Below are positions 48,066-56,612 of a DNA stretch of 64,000 nt, one piece after another. The notes under the pieces were generated by a model. That model had not been told where the DNA came from. It made no database searches and saw only the letters and a list, made by a program, of their open reading frames with translations. The DNA is from Coriobacteriia bacterium (GTDB taxonomy: Bacteria > Actinomycetota > Coriobacteriia > WRKU01 > WQUG01). Each line of letters begins with the position of its first letter. The stretch's first letter is position 1. The stretch is taken from NCBI GenBank assembly GCA_009779855.1, contig WRBC01000005.1:43115-107114 (forward strand). Direction: 5' to 3'. Both the position numbers and the translations under genes were made by a program.

Positions 48066-51000
48066 ATGCACGTCAGATCAAACATAAGCCTTAGGCTTGC
48101 ACTAGTCTTAGCGATATTTGCATTTTCGTTATTAGTGATGGTTCCCGTAGCGTGGGCGCAAGAGGTTACTGCTACTTTGCGCGTAGAATTTATTGAAGAT
48201 ACGAGGCTTGCTCCTATGGAAGTTACGATGGAGCACAGACCTCTCAGTGACTTTGGTATAAACATGAGCGATCCGGGCTTTGTTACTCCTATCCACCTTC
48301 TTGCAGAAGGACTTGAGCAGCGTTACGGTGCAGGATCTGCGGCAAGCATGATTAATGCTCCTGGAATGCTCATGACTATCGATGATTCTTTCGGCTCGAT
48401 TGCAGGTGAGCCCAATGTATGGTGGATGTTTGCCATCAACCAATCGATGCCTGTGTCTACAGATACTGGATGGGGATATGCCTCAAATCAGTACCGTGTT
48501 CAAAACGGCGATGATATTGACTTCCTGGGCATGTGGGGAGGTCAGTGGGGTGTAGCGTCACCCTTTATAGGCTTCTTTGGTAGCCAGACTTACCATACTA
48601 CTGTTGGGCAGCCCTTAGAGGTTGAATTGCTTGGGCTTGATGGCTTTGATGACTTTGCTGTGAGACCTTCGCGCATACTTGAGGGCGCAGAAATCCTTGT
48701 AGACCCTGCAGGCAGTACACGTGCTGGCGCGACAACAGCTAGCGGCACTTTTATTGATGAAGAGGGTCTGGCAGAACTCACTTTCGACGAAGCAGGTACA
48801 TTTCTGCTTAGTGCAAGGCGACCTATCGCAAGCCCCAGCAGCCCTAGTGGTACGGTCAGTGACATTACTCGTCCCTTTGCGGTAGTAACAGTAAGCGAGT
48901 CATCTGGTCAGCCTAACTGGACTCAAGAGGGTGCCCCAGCAGCAAGTATAGATTTCAGCATTGAAGAGCTCACCAATCTAGTTCCAGGTGTTGAGTACAG
49001 CATTGACAGCACAGGCAGCACTGACAGTGCGCGTATCGTGGCTAATGCGGACGGAACAATTCCTCTAAGTGAAGCCTGGTTTGGACAAGGCATAGATATT
49101 GTACGGCTGGGTATTGCAGCAAATCATACTCTTGATAGTGACCCTCAGAACTTAGCAGTTCCTTCTCGTTCGTCTGCCCCCACGGGTCTAGGCTCAATTG
49201 ACGCGACGGGTACTGTTGAAAGTGCTACGGGCGTGATTACAGGGGTAGGTTCTGCTATGGAGTGGCGTCTACGTACGGGAACTACATGGACGGCTGTCTC
49301 AGGTGCAACGGTAGAGAATCTTATTCCAGGCACTTATTATGTTCGCTTCCAGTCAGAACCAGGCTCTTTCGCTAGTGCATCCGCAGCAGTAATCGTGTCC
49401 CTAGATCAGCAGTACTGGTCTCAAGCAAGCACGCCAACAGCAGCAGTAGATTTTGAACTTGAGGTACTTACGGGACTCACCCCAGAAGCTGCCTACCTTA
49501 TTGCTGGACAACATAACATGAGTGATTCAAGTGGCGCGATTCTTTTGGACGCTGCGTGGCTTGGTCAGAATATTAGTATCGTAAAGTTAGGCAATCCTGC
49601 CAACTTTACCCTTGATAGCGATGTCCAGTCTCTTGCGGTCCCGCTACGTCCGCATGCTCCTACAGGGCTAAGCCCAGCTAATGCAACAGGCACAAATAGT
49701 GACGGCTCTATTGCTGGTGTGGCCTTCACTATGGAGTGGCGCTTAAGCACTTCACATGCCTGGACAGCTGTTACAGGCGCGACCATAGAAAATCTTGTAG
49801 CAGGCACCTACCATGTTCGCTTCCGGGCTACATCAGGGTCCTTTGCAAGTGCCTATGCCACAGTAACGGTATCTGTGACAGGAGAGCTGCCCAGTGTCAG
49901 GTGGAGTTCTTTTCGTGGCAATGCCTTTAATTTGGCAAGAGTCGATTCAGGTACTCCAGCTACAAACCAACTAGGTAGAACACTTTGGAGCCAGCCAGTT
50001 AGTGATGGGTCATCAGCCCTGTCCCCAGTAAAGGTGGGTGACGCCGTTTACATTGCAGGTGGGTCGACTTTGTGGAAACTTGATTCTGCGGGAAGCATAG
50101 TTGACACAGTGCCTCTTGAAGCTCCCATAGGGCAGGCGGCCTTCCTTGCGGCAGGCAGTGGTAAAATTTTCGTACCCATTGGTGCTGGACAAGTGCAGGC
50201 TTTTGATGCACACACTCTGCAGCCACTTTGGACATCTGAGCCTTTTGCAAGCAATTGGCAGGCTTTAGGTGCACTGACGTATAAAGATGGTTACCTCTAT
50301 GGTTCTGCAAGTTTTGACCTCTTTATGCGCCATAGCGAAGGGGCCTTCTTCTGTCTTGATGCAAGCACCGGTGAAGAAGTATGGACCCACTCTTCCTCTT
50401 CTGGTGCAGCCCAGACAGGATTCTATTGGGCGGGCGCAGCAGTGACAGATCATGTAGTACTTTTTGCAGGTGATGAGGGCATATTGGTTTCACACACTGC
50501 GGGAACACAGACGGCACGAGCAACGGGAATCGTTGACACGGCCGTGCTTGCTGGTGGCGTGCGTAGCCCCGTACTGTTTGTTGAAAATGAGGTGTCTGCT
50601 GATGGCAGCGGTGTTGCTTTTGCTTCAACACGAGACGGTTTTGTGTCACGTGTCGTGGTTGCTGCTGACGGCAGCCTAGGTCCAGTCCTGTCGGCCCCCT
50701 TAAGCGGAGAGATATCCACGGCGACACCGGTAATATACCGAAATCGTCTTTATGTTGTATCAGGGGAACTGCTTGATGGTGGCTACGTAGATGTCTTTAG
50801 CGCAACAACGCTAGAGCGCTTGCGTAGTATTGAGCTGCCCGGATTTAGCCAGTCTTCTCCACTTCTTGCTACTGCTGGCTCAAATAGTGCTAATGGCTAT
50901 GAAGTGTCATTGTTTGTGGCGCTTAATGATATGCAAGACGATGTTGTCCGTATTATTGATTCAGAGCGTGTTGGTGCTGAAATGCGCGCAGAAACCTTTC

Positions 51001-51596
51001 TAAGTCCAGGGGGATCGTTTGCACTGAATTCTGTAAGCGCCTGTGATCAGGGTAGACTCTATTATGTTGATGGACGTGGCAATTTCACTGCAATTACCGC
51101 TGCGAACCAGCAGTTGTCACCAGGCAATGGCGGTAACGGCAATAACGGTAACGACAATAACAACAATGGTGACGCTGGTGGAGGCACGGATGGCAGCGGT
51201 AATAATGGTGGTGCTAACGATGACATCTACTCACCTCAAGAGGAGGACGAGACTACCTCTGAAGAATCTGGTTCTGAAGATGCCACAGGGATTCCAGGCG
51301 ATGGATCAAGGGCAGCAGGCGAAGGTCCAAAAACTGCTGATGTAAGTGATGCTATGCGTTGGCTTTTCTTTGCGGCATTAGCGCTGACAGCAGGGTTTGC
51401 AGTGATTGCAGCTAAAATAGCTGACCGAAAAAAAGAGAAGCTGAAAAAGCTAGAAAAATTCAAAGAAGACGCTAGCCAGCACGAAGACAGCAAGGCCACT
51501 GTAGCGACGACACCGGTGGCAGCAGGTCAAGCAGAACATAGCGAGGGTGCTGACTTGCAGAGTCCGTACCAAAATAAACAGGAGCAGCGCGTATGA
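48066..51596 (+). CDS. Large cell-surface protein: signal peptide, DUF4430-like (transcobalamin-like) domain, two tandem ~160-aa repeats, PQQ/BamB-like beta-propeller, N/G-rich linker and C-terminal TM anchor. Putative cobalamin-capture protein.
   Basis: Signal peptide 'LALVLAIFAFSLLVMVPVAWA'. N-terminal 'ATLRVEFIED...NVWWMFAINQ...YRVQNGDDIDF' resembles the DUF4430 domain of the downstream lipoprotein. Propeller blades such as 'VYIAGGSTLWKLD' and 'GQVQAFDAHTLQPLW'. C-terminal 'WLFFAALALTAGFAVIAAKIADRKK'. First gene after the B12 riboswitch. Confidence 0.8.
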   Translation: MHVRSNISLRLALVLAIFAFSLLVMVPVAWAQEVTATLRVEFIEDTRLAPMEVTMEHRPLSDFGINMSDPGFVTPIHLLAEGLEQRYGAGSAASMINAPGMLMTIDDSFGSIAGEPNVWWMFAINQSMPVSTDTGWGYASNQYRVQNGDDIDFLGMWGGQWGVASPFIGFFGSQTYHTTVGQPLEVELLGLDGFDDFAVRPSRILEGAEILVDPAGSTRAGATTASGTFIDEEGLAELTFDEAGTFLLSARRPIASPSSPSGTVSDITRPFAVVTVSESSGQPNWTQEGAPAASIDFSIEELTNLVPGVEYSIDSTGSTDSARIVANADGTIPLSEAWFGQGIDIVRLGIAANHTLDSDPQNLAVPSRSSAPTGLGSIDATGTVESATGVITGVGSAMEWRLRTGTTWTAVSGATVENLIPGTYYVRFQSEPGSFASASAAVIVSLDQQYWSQASTPTAAVDFELEVLTGLTPEAAYLIAGQHNMSDSSGAILLDAAWLGQNISIVKLGNPANFTLDSDVQSLAVPLRPHAPTGLSPANATGTNSDGSIAGVAFTMEWRLSTSHAWTAVTGATIENLVAGTYHVRFRATSGSFASAYATVTVSVTGELPSVRWSSFRGNAFNLARVDSGTPATNQLGRTLWSQPVSDGSSALSPVKVGDAVYIAGGSTLWKLDSAGSIVDTVPLEAPIGQAAFLAAGSGKIFVPIGAGQVQAFDAHTLQPLWTSEPFASNWQALGALTYKDGYLYGSASFDLFMRHSEGAFFCLDASTGEEVWTHSSSSGAAQTGFYWAGAAVTDHVVLFAGDEGILVSHTAGTQTARATGIVDTAVLAGGVRSPVLFVENEVSADGSGVAFASTRDGFVSRVVVAADGSLGPVLSAPLSGEISTATPVIYRNRLYVVSGELLDGGYVDVFSATTLERLRSIELPGFSQSSPLLATAGSNSANGYEVSLFVALNDMQDDVVRIIDSERVGAEMRAETFLSPGGSFALNSVSACDQGRLYYVDGRGNFTAITAANQQLSPGNGGNGNNGNDNNNNGDAGGGTDGSGNNGGANDDIYSPQEEDETTSEESGSEDATGIPGDGSRAAGEGPKTADVSDAMRWLFFAALALTAGFAVIAAKIADRKKEKLKKLEKFKEDASQHEDSKATVATTPVAAGQAEHSEGADLQSPYQNKQEQRV
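48914..49885 (+). repeat. Intragenic tandem duplication (two ~480-nt / ~160-aa repeat units) inside the large surface-protein gene
   Basis: Units NWTQEGAPAASIDFSIEELTNL...AAVIVS and YWSQASTPTAAVDFELEVLTGL...ATVTVS align at roughly 50% identity. The antisense artefact ORFs 49145-49333 and 49565-49807 are near-copies of each other for the same reason. Confidence 0.85.
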
Positions 51597-52540
51597 AAAG
51601 GTGCGCATTGAGAGTTGCCATCTGTCTACTTGCAGCGCTATTTATTCTAGTGCTTGCTGGCTGCAGCCGACCTGAGCACACAGGACCAAAAGCAAGTAAT
51701 ACTTCTGCCAGCACAAACATTGTCACGAGTGGTCCAAGCAAGTCATCGGCTGAAGGAACATCCACTGCCACAGATACCTCATTGGATGATGAGCAAGATC
51801 AGAACGAAGATGCTGATGCAGAAGCAATAGGCCAAACAGGTGACGATTCTGAAGGTTCTGCTGAGGATACTGAAGCACAGGGACAAAATGCAGGAAGCAG
51901 TTCTGGTGGCAGTTCCCGCAATTCTAATTCTGGCAGTAATGGGTCAGGTTCCTCCACAGCAAGTTCTGGGGGCCAGGGTACAGGTGCAGGCACAAATTCT
52001 AGCGGCGGTAATGTCTCTACACAAAATAGTAACCGAAATACAGGACAAAGCTCTGGGGGAAGTTCAAACCAAAACGCGAACCGAAATTCCGGACAGGGTT
52101 CAGCAGGAAATTCTAGTCAAGGCAACACGGGTACCGGGCAGTCACAATCTGGCGGATCTAACCAGAGTAATACCCCTAGGACTATTACCGTGTCGATTGA
52201 AATCGAGGCACGTCTGGCTCACGCGCAAAATCCAGCAGCGCTATCAGGCATCGCTAATAATGGGATAATTCTTGCACGTAGGAATGTGACCTTACAGGAA
52301 GGTGCAACAGTACGCCAAGCCTTAGATGCAACAGGAATACGTGTTAATGCGCGCGGAGCATATATTGCAGGGATTGGTGGTCTATCTGAAGGGGACATAG
52401 GTCCCCGCAGTGGCTGGATGTTTAGCGTAAACGGGCAATTTCCCGGAAGTTCTGCATCTGCTCAAAGACTTAACGCAGGGGATGTAATCGCGTGGCGCTA
52501 TACCCTGAATGGGGGAGCAGACCTCGGTGCCAGCTGGTAG
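51593..52540 (+). CDS. Lipoprotein with a long S/G/N/Q-rich disordered linker and a C-terminal DUF4430-like (transcobalamin-like) domain
   Basis: Lipobox 'LVLAGC'. About 150 aa of low complexity. C-terminal 'ITVSIEIEARL...RRNVTLQEGATVRQALDATGI...RSGWMFSVNGQFPGSSASAQRLNAGDVIAWRY'. ATGA overlap with the upstream gene. Confidence 0.8.
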   Translation: MKRCALRVAICLLAALFILVLAGCSRPEHTGPKASNTSASTNIVTSGPSKSSAEGTSTATDTSLDDEQDQNEDADAEAIGQTGDDSEGSAEDTEAQGQNAGSSSGGSSRNSNSGSNGSGSSTASSGGQGTGAGTNSSGGNVSTQNSNRNTGQSSGGSSNQNANRNSGQGSAGNSSQGNTGTGQSQSGGSNQSNTPRTITVSIEIEARLAHAQNPAALSGIANNGIILARRNVTLQEGATVRQALDATGIRVNARGAYIAGIGGLSEGDIGPRSGWMFSVNGQFPGSSASAQRLNAGDVIAWRYTLNGGADLGASW

Positions 52541-52595
52541 AACGTACAGAAGGCATAGGCTAAAACGGCGCTTCTTGTTGTTGCATCCAGGTGTT

Positions 52596-53483
52596 ATGAT
52601 GGCCTTTTTTGTTGGTGTCATTGTGGTGACCTTGCTTAGCTATCACCCATTAATCCTGGGACTTTCTTTTGTGTTTGCGGCAGCAAGTGTAATCTACTAT
52701 CTAGGAGTAAAGGTACTGGGACGGTCATTAATGTGGTTAGGACCGATGACTGCTATTGTTGTAGTTTTTAATACGGTATTTAATCGTCGCGGTGCGACAG
52801 AACTTTTCACTACCGAACACCTTCAGATGACTTTTACCTTAGAGAGTCTACTTTTTGGCCTAAGTATTGCACTTATGCTGACTGCAGTTATTCTCTGGTT
52901 TCGCCTTTATCAAGAACTTATGACAAGTGATCGCTTTCTTTATCTTTTCGCACCTATTGCCCCAACTTTCGCCCTAAGTGTCACCATGGTGCAGCGCTGG
53001 ATTCCTCTAACGAAGTATCGTTGGCAGCAGATTAGAGATGCTCATAAACCCTCAAGATTTGCGGCTATTCGATCTTTGACACACTCATTGTCAGCACTCA
53101 TGTCATGGTCTATGGAGGATGCTATACAGGCAGCAGACTCGATGCAGGCTCGTGGATACAGTAAAAGTAGTTCTAGCAATTACGGCAAGAATAATCAAGG
53201 CAAAGGCGCTCATGATACAAGGAAACGACGCAGAAGTAGCTTTCGATACTTTCCTTTCACCACTTATGATGCCATCGCACTTACTGTAGTCATCTTACTT
53301 GCTGTCACAGCGGGACTAGCCGTCTTTTTCTCAGCTAGAGAGCTCGCCTTTTTCCCCGTTTATAGGGGCGTTGAATATCTTTCTGCCACTGCCCTAATAG
53401 CTGTAACCCTGCTTATGTTTTTTCCACTGCTGCTTGAAGGTGGTGAGCAGCTAAGATGGCGATTATCCGCGCAGAAAACCTAG
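52596..53483 (+). CDS. ecfT: ECF transporter transmembrane (T) component, EcfT/CbiQ family
   Basis: About 5 TM. Coupling-helix-like 'DSMQARGYS' (the A-R-G motif typical of EcfT). An in-frame upstream extension to 52509 has no TM and is probably not translated. Overlaps ecfA by 28 nt. Confidence 0.7.
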   Translation: MMAFFVGVIVVTLLSYHPLILGLSFVFAAASVIYYLGVKVLGRSLMWLGPMTAIVVVFNTVFNRRGATELFTTEHLQMTFTLESLLFGLSIALMLTAVILWFRLYQELMTSDRFLYLFAPIAPTFALSVTMVQRWIPLTKYRWQQIRDAHKPSRFAAIRSLTHSLSALMSWSMEDAIQAADSMQARGYSKSSSSNYGKNNQGKGAHDTRKRRRSSFRYFPFTTYDAIALTVVILLAVTAGLAVFFSARELAFFPVYRGVEYLSATALIAVTLLMFFPLLLEGGEQLRWRLSAQKT

Positions 53484-55198
53484 GTTTTACCTATCCAGAA
53501 GCTCAAAATTCAACCTTTGATGAGGTTAATTTTCAAATCAGTGCAGGGGAGTTTGTCCTATTATGTGGACGCACAGGTAGCGGCAAGACGACCTTGTTGC
53601 GACAGCTTGTCCCGGCTCTTGCCCCTCATGGTCAGTCTACAGGTGAACTTGAAGTAAAGGGAAGTGTAGGCTTTGTTCAACAGACCCCCGATAATCAAAT
53701 TGTTACAGACATTGTTTTTCATGAACTTGCTTTTGCTTTAGAAAATCAAGGTCTGCCAACCCAGACCATCAGGCGGAAAGTGGCGGAGATCGCCAGCTAC
53801 TTCGGCCTGGAGTATTTACTAGAAGCAAAGACACATTCTTTGTCAGGCGGACAGAAGCAAATCCTTAACCTAGCAGCAACCCTTGTAGCCGAGCCAGACA
53901 TCCTTGTCCTTGATGAGCCAACCAGTGAACTTGACCCTATAGCTGCACAGAACTTTTTGCGTCACCTGGCACGTATTAATCGTGAGCTGGGAACTACGGT
54001 AGTATGCTGTGAGCATCGCCTAGATGAAGTTCTTGACCTTTGTGACAGGGTCTTGTTGATGAGCAAGGCAAAGGGACAGGATTTAGGAAAGCAGGACATA
54101 GAGGGACGAAACATCGAGGAACAAAACTCCAAAGAACAGGACGTTCAGTCGCATACAGCGCAGCAATTCGTCCAGAGTTGTCTGGGAGTCAATAGGAACT
54201 TTGCTCTTTACTTGCCAGAACCCACCCGTATTGCTCTTGCTGCTGCCAGTGCAAAGAGGACTCCTGCAGAGCCTGTAGGATCCGCCGTAAAGTCCATAAA
54301 GCTCACAGAATGGCCTCTTGATGTAAAAAGTGGGCGCACTTGGTTGATAGAAAACCTTGCTGTGTTTCCTCATGCGCAGACGAAGCCTTCTGTGCAATCA
54401 TCATCTTTCTCTTCGTCATCCCTGTCAGGGCCCCCTGCAATCACTATCCGGGATCTTTGTTTTCGCTATGAAAGGGAGGAGCCTTTCATAATAAGATATC
54501 TGAACGCTACGTTTAGTCGGGGAAATGTGCATGGCATAGTAGGCGGAAACGCTTCAGGAAAGTCTACTTTGCTTGGGCTTATCTCAGGTATACACCGATC
54601 CCAGCTAGGCAAGGTCCGCATAGACAGAAACTTAAGATTGGCAGCACTGCCTCAAAATCCTAAGGCGAATTTTGTTTGTGATACCGTGCGCGAAGATCTT
54701 CATGACTCAAATACAGAAATAGATGCAGAGGCAGTGCTACAGGTGGCACGTGACATGGATATTACTCATCTATTAAACAGTCATCCCTATGACCTTTCTG
54801 GGGGAGAAACCCAAAAGGCGGTTCTTGCAAAGTTGCTACTAAAAGATCCCGATATCCTCTTACTGGATGAACCAACTAAGGGTCTGGACGCACAGGCAAA
54901 ACAGGAAATTGGACGTATCTTTGACCAATTGGCTCAGCAGGGGAAAACGCTCATTATCGTTACTCACGATCTTTCTTTTGCAGCAGAGCATACGCAGACA
55001 TGCTCTCTTTTAGCAAATGGTGAGCTTATAGCCCAGGACCAAACTCACAATTTCTTTCTTGGGAATAGCTTCTACACTACGCCGACAAATCGTATGTCCC
55101 GAGGCATTGTTGATGACTGTGTAATCGCTGATGATATTCTTAGGGCCCTGAAGCTTGAAGAGTCTCAGCAAAAGGCTCAAGAAGCTCCCCTGTTATGA
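53456..55198 (+). CDS. ecfA: Fused ECF transporter ATPase (EcfA-EcfA', two NBDs; CbiO family)
   Basis: NBD1: 'GRTGSGKTT', 'LSGGQKQIL', 'LVLDEPTSELD'. NBD2: 'GGNASGKST', 'LSGGETQKA', 'LLLDEPTKGLD'. Confidence 0.9.
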   Translation: MAIIRAENLGFTYPEAQNSTFDEVNFQISAGEFVLLCGRTGSGKTTLLRQLVPALAPHGQSTGELEVKGSVGFVQQTPDNQIVTDIVFHELAFALENQGLPTQTIRRKVAEIASYFGLEYLLEAKTHSLSGGQKQILNLAATLVAEPDILVLDEPTSELDPIAAQNFLRHLARINRELGTTVVCCEHRLDEVLDLCDRVLLMSKAKGQDLGKQDIEGRNIEEQNSKEQDVQSHTAQQFVQSCLGVNRNFALYLPEPTRIALAAASAKRTPAEPVGSAVKSIKLTEWPLDVKSGRTWLIENLAVFPHAQTKPSVQSSSFSSSSLSGPPAITIRDLCFRYEREEPFIIRYLNATFSRGNVHGIVGGNASGKSTLLGLISGIHRSQLGKVRIDRNLRLAALPQNPKANFVCDTVREDLHDSNTEIDAEAVLQVARDMDITHLLNSHPYDLSGGETQKAVLAKLLLKDPDILLLDEPTKGLDAQAKQEIGRIFDQLAQQGKTLIIVTHDLSFAAEHTQTCSLLANGELIAQDQTHNFFLGNSFYTTPTNRMSRGIVDDCVIADDILRALKLEESQQKAQEAPLL

Positions 55199-55863
55199 AC
55201 CTTCTTATCTCGTCAGTCGTAGTAGGTATACCTCTTATTGTGCTGGTTTTTGGGATTGAGCGCGTGAAGCCTCGCCCCCGCGACCTTATGCCTGTGATAG
55301 TTTTAACGGCCCTTGCTATATTGGGGCGTGTGGCTGCCATGCCTATTCCTAATTTTCAGCCAGCAACAGCACTCATTATTCTAGCGGGTTTCTTTTTTGG
55401 TAGACACGCAGGGTTACTTTCGGGCATGTTGGTCGCGCTAGTTTCGAATATATTTATGGGACAGGGCCCCTGGACTCCTTGGCAGATGCTTACCTGGGGG
55501 CTTGTGGGTTACGGAGCAGGACTTTTAGGGGACAGAGTAAGCTGGGCCCAGCCTCACGAAGTTGAGCCCAGAGAACCTGAGAAGAACAGATACACAAAAC
55601 GCAGGAGGATCATTTTGCTTGCGGTTGTAATCATCTACGGTGTGGTGGCATCACTACTCTTTGGGATGATTATGGACGTACAGTTCTTTGTTGCTTATAT
55701 CTGGGAATCAGGATGGCCAGGTCTTGTGGCTACATGGATGATGGGTCTGCCCATGAATGTTGCTCACGCGGCTTCAACATGCATCTTCTTGGTGCTTACC
55801 CTTATTCCCTGGGGAAAGAAGTTTCATCGTCTAAAGACGAAGTACGGAATCCGAAGCATTTAG
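55195..55863 (+). CDS. Putative ECF substrate-specific (S) component; by operon context, a cobalamin-specific S unit
   Basis: 222 aa and about 6 TM. 'LVSNIFMGQGPWTPWQMLTWGLVGYGAGLL' looks like an S component. ATGA overlap with ecfA. Last gene of the riboswitch-led operon. Confidence 0.6.
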   Translation: MNLLISSVVVGIPLIVLVFGIERVKPRPRDLMPVIVLTALAILGRVAAMPIPNFQPATALIILAGFFFGRHAGLLSGMLVALVSNIFMGQGPWTPWQMLTWGLVGYGAGLLGDRVSWAQPHEVEPREPEKNRYTKRRRIILLAVVIIYGVVASLLFGMIMDVQFFVAYIWESGWPGLVATWMMGLPMNVAHAASTCIFLVLTLIPWGKKFHRLKTKYGIRSI

Positions 55864-55907
55864 ATATACTTAGGTACCTGTGATTCAAAGTATAAGGAGC
55901 ACGATAC

Positions 55908-56612
55908 ATGAGTGATGAGCAAGCAAAGTCTCGTATTGGGGTCTATTTGGACTGTGACACCAGTCATCCTAAAGAACATCAGCATAATTTGAATATGATG
56001 GAAGCGCTTAGACTCTGTACGGATGCAGACGGACAGTCGTATGAAATCTATGTTTACAGTGCAAAAAAGGTGTGGAAAAACTATTGCAAAGAGCACTCAT
56101 TGACCTATCGTCCTTTTCCCACAAGTGGTGCTTCGAATCATATTGGCAAAATGCTGTTTGGGAAGTACATTGATAGCCCAAAGCCGCCTGAATGGGTGGG
56201 GGAGATGCTCAACCGCAAGGCGCATGATTTTAAGGTAGAGACTATGATTTTCTCTGCCCCAACGACATTAGTACAACAGATGCAGCTGCCAACGGTAGTG
56301 GTTATGCTCGATCTAGCAGCGAACGGCGTTGGTGATTATGACGCGCAGTGGTATAAAGATCTTTATCAATCGATACTAAAGAATGCGACAGCCGTTATTG
56401 TGGATCCAACAGAGGGAACTGATTATTTGAACGAAGCACTGGCTGAAAATCCGGCAGATGTAAAGATGCTTTCGCTTGATGCCAGCTCTAATGTACTGGC
56501 TTTTAGTCTGGCTACTGTGCTGCGCTCTGTGGCGGTGTCCTCACCTGCAGAAGAGTCCAATCCTGTATCAGAGCCCGAATTTACGACAGAATCTAAAGTA
56601 GGGGGAGAATAA
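55908..56612 (+). CDS. Hypothetical cytoplasmic protein
   Basis: 234 aa, no recognised motifs. RBS AAGGAG. Its stop overlaps the punA start. Confidence 0.45.
   Translation: MSDEQAKSRIGVYLDCDTSHPKEHQHNLNMMEALRLCTDADGQSYEIYVYSAKKVWKNYCKEHSLTYRPFPTSGASNHIGKMLFGKYIDSPKPPEWVGEMLNRKAHDFKVETMIFSAPTTLVQQMQLPTVVVMLDLAANGVGDYDAQWYKDLYQSILKNATAVIVDPTEGTDYLNEALAENPADVKMLSLDASSNVLAFSLATVLRSVAVSSPAEESNPVSEPEFTTESKVGGE

Noticed and set aside
48914-49885. Possible CRISPR or other non-coding repeat array
   Set aside because: The repeated units are ~480 nt, in-frame coding modules of one long ORF with diverged sequence. There are no short direct repeats with unique spacers and no cas genes anywhere in the window.
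51110-51230. N/G-rich low-complexity stretch (NGGNGNNGNDNNNNGDAGGGTDGSGNNGGANDD) as a possible separate element or slippage-prone repeat
   Set aside because: It is in frame within the surface-protein ORF and reads as a flexible linker before the TM anchor. The nucleotide sequence is not a simple homopolymer or perfect microsatellite.
52509-52595. N-terminal 29-aa extension of the EcfT ORF ('MGEQTSVPAGRTYRRHRLKRRFLLLHPGV')
   Set aside because: It overlaps the end of the lipoprotein gene, is highly basic and non-membrane, and has no RBS. The ATG at 52596 is preceded by a GGTG SD-like sequence and begins the first TM helix, so the shorter start was used.
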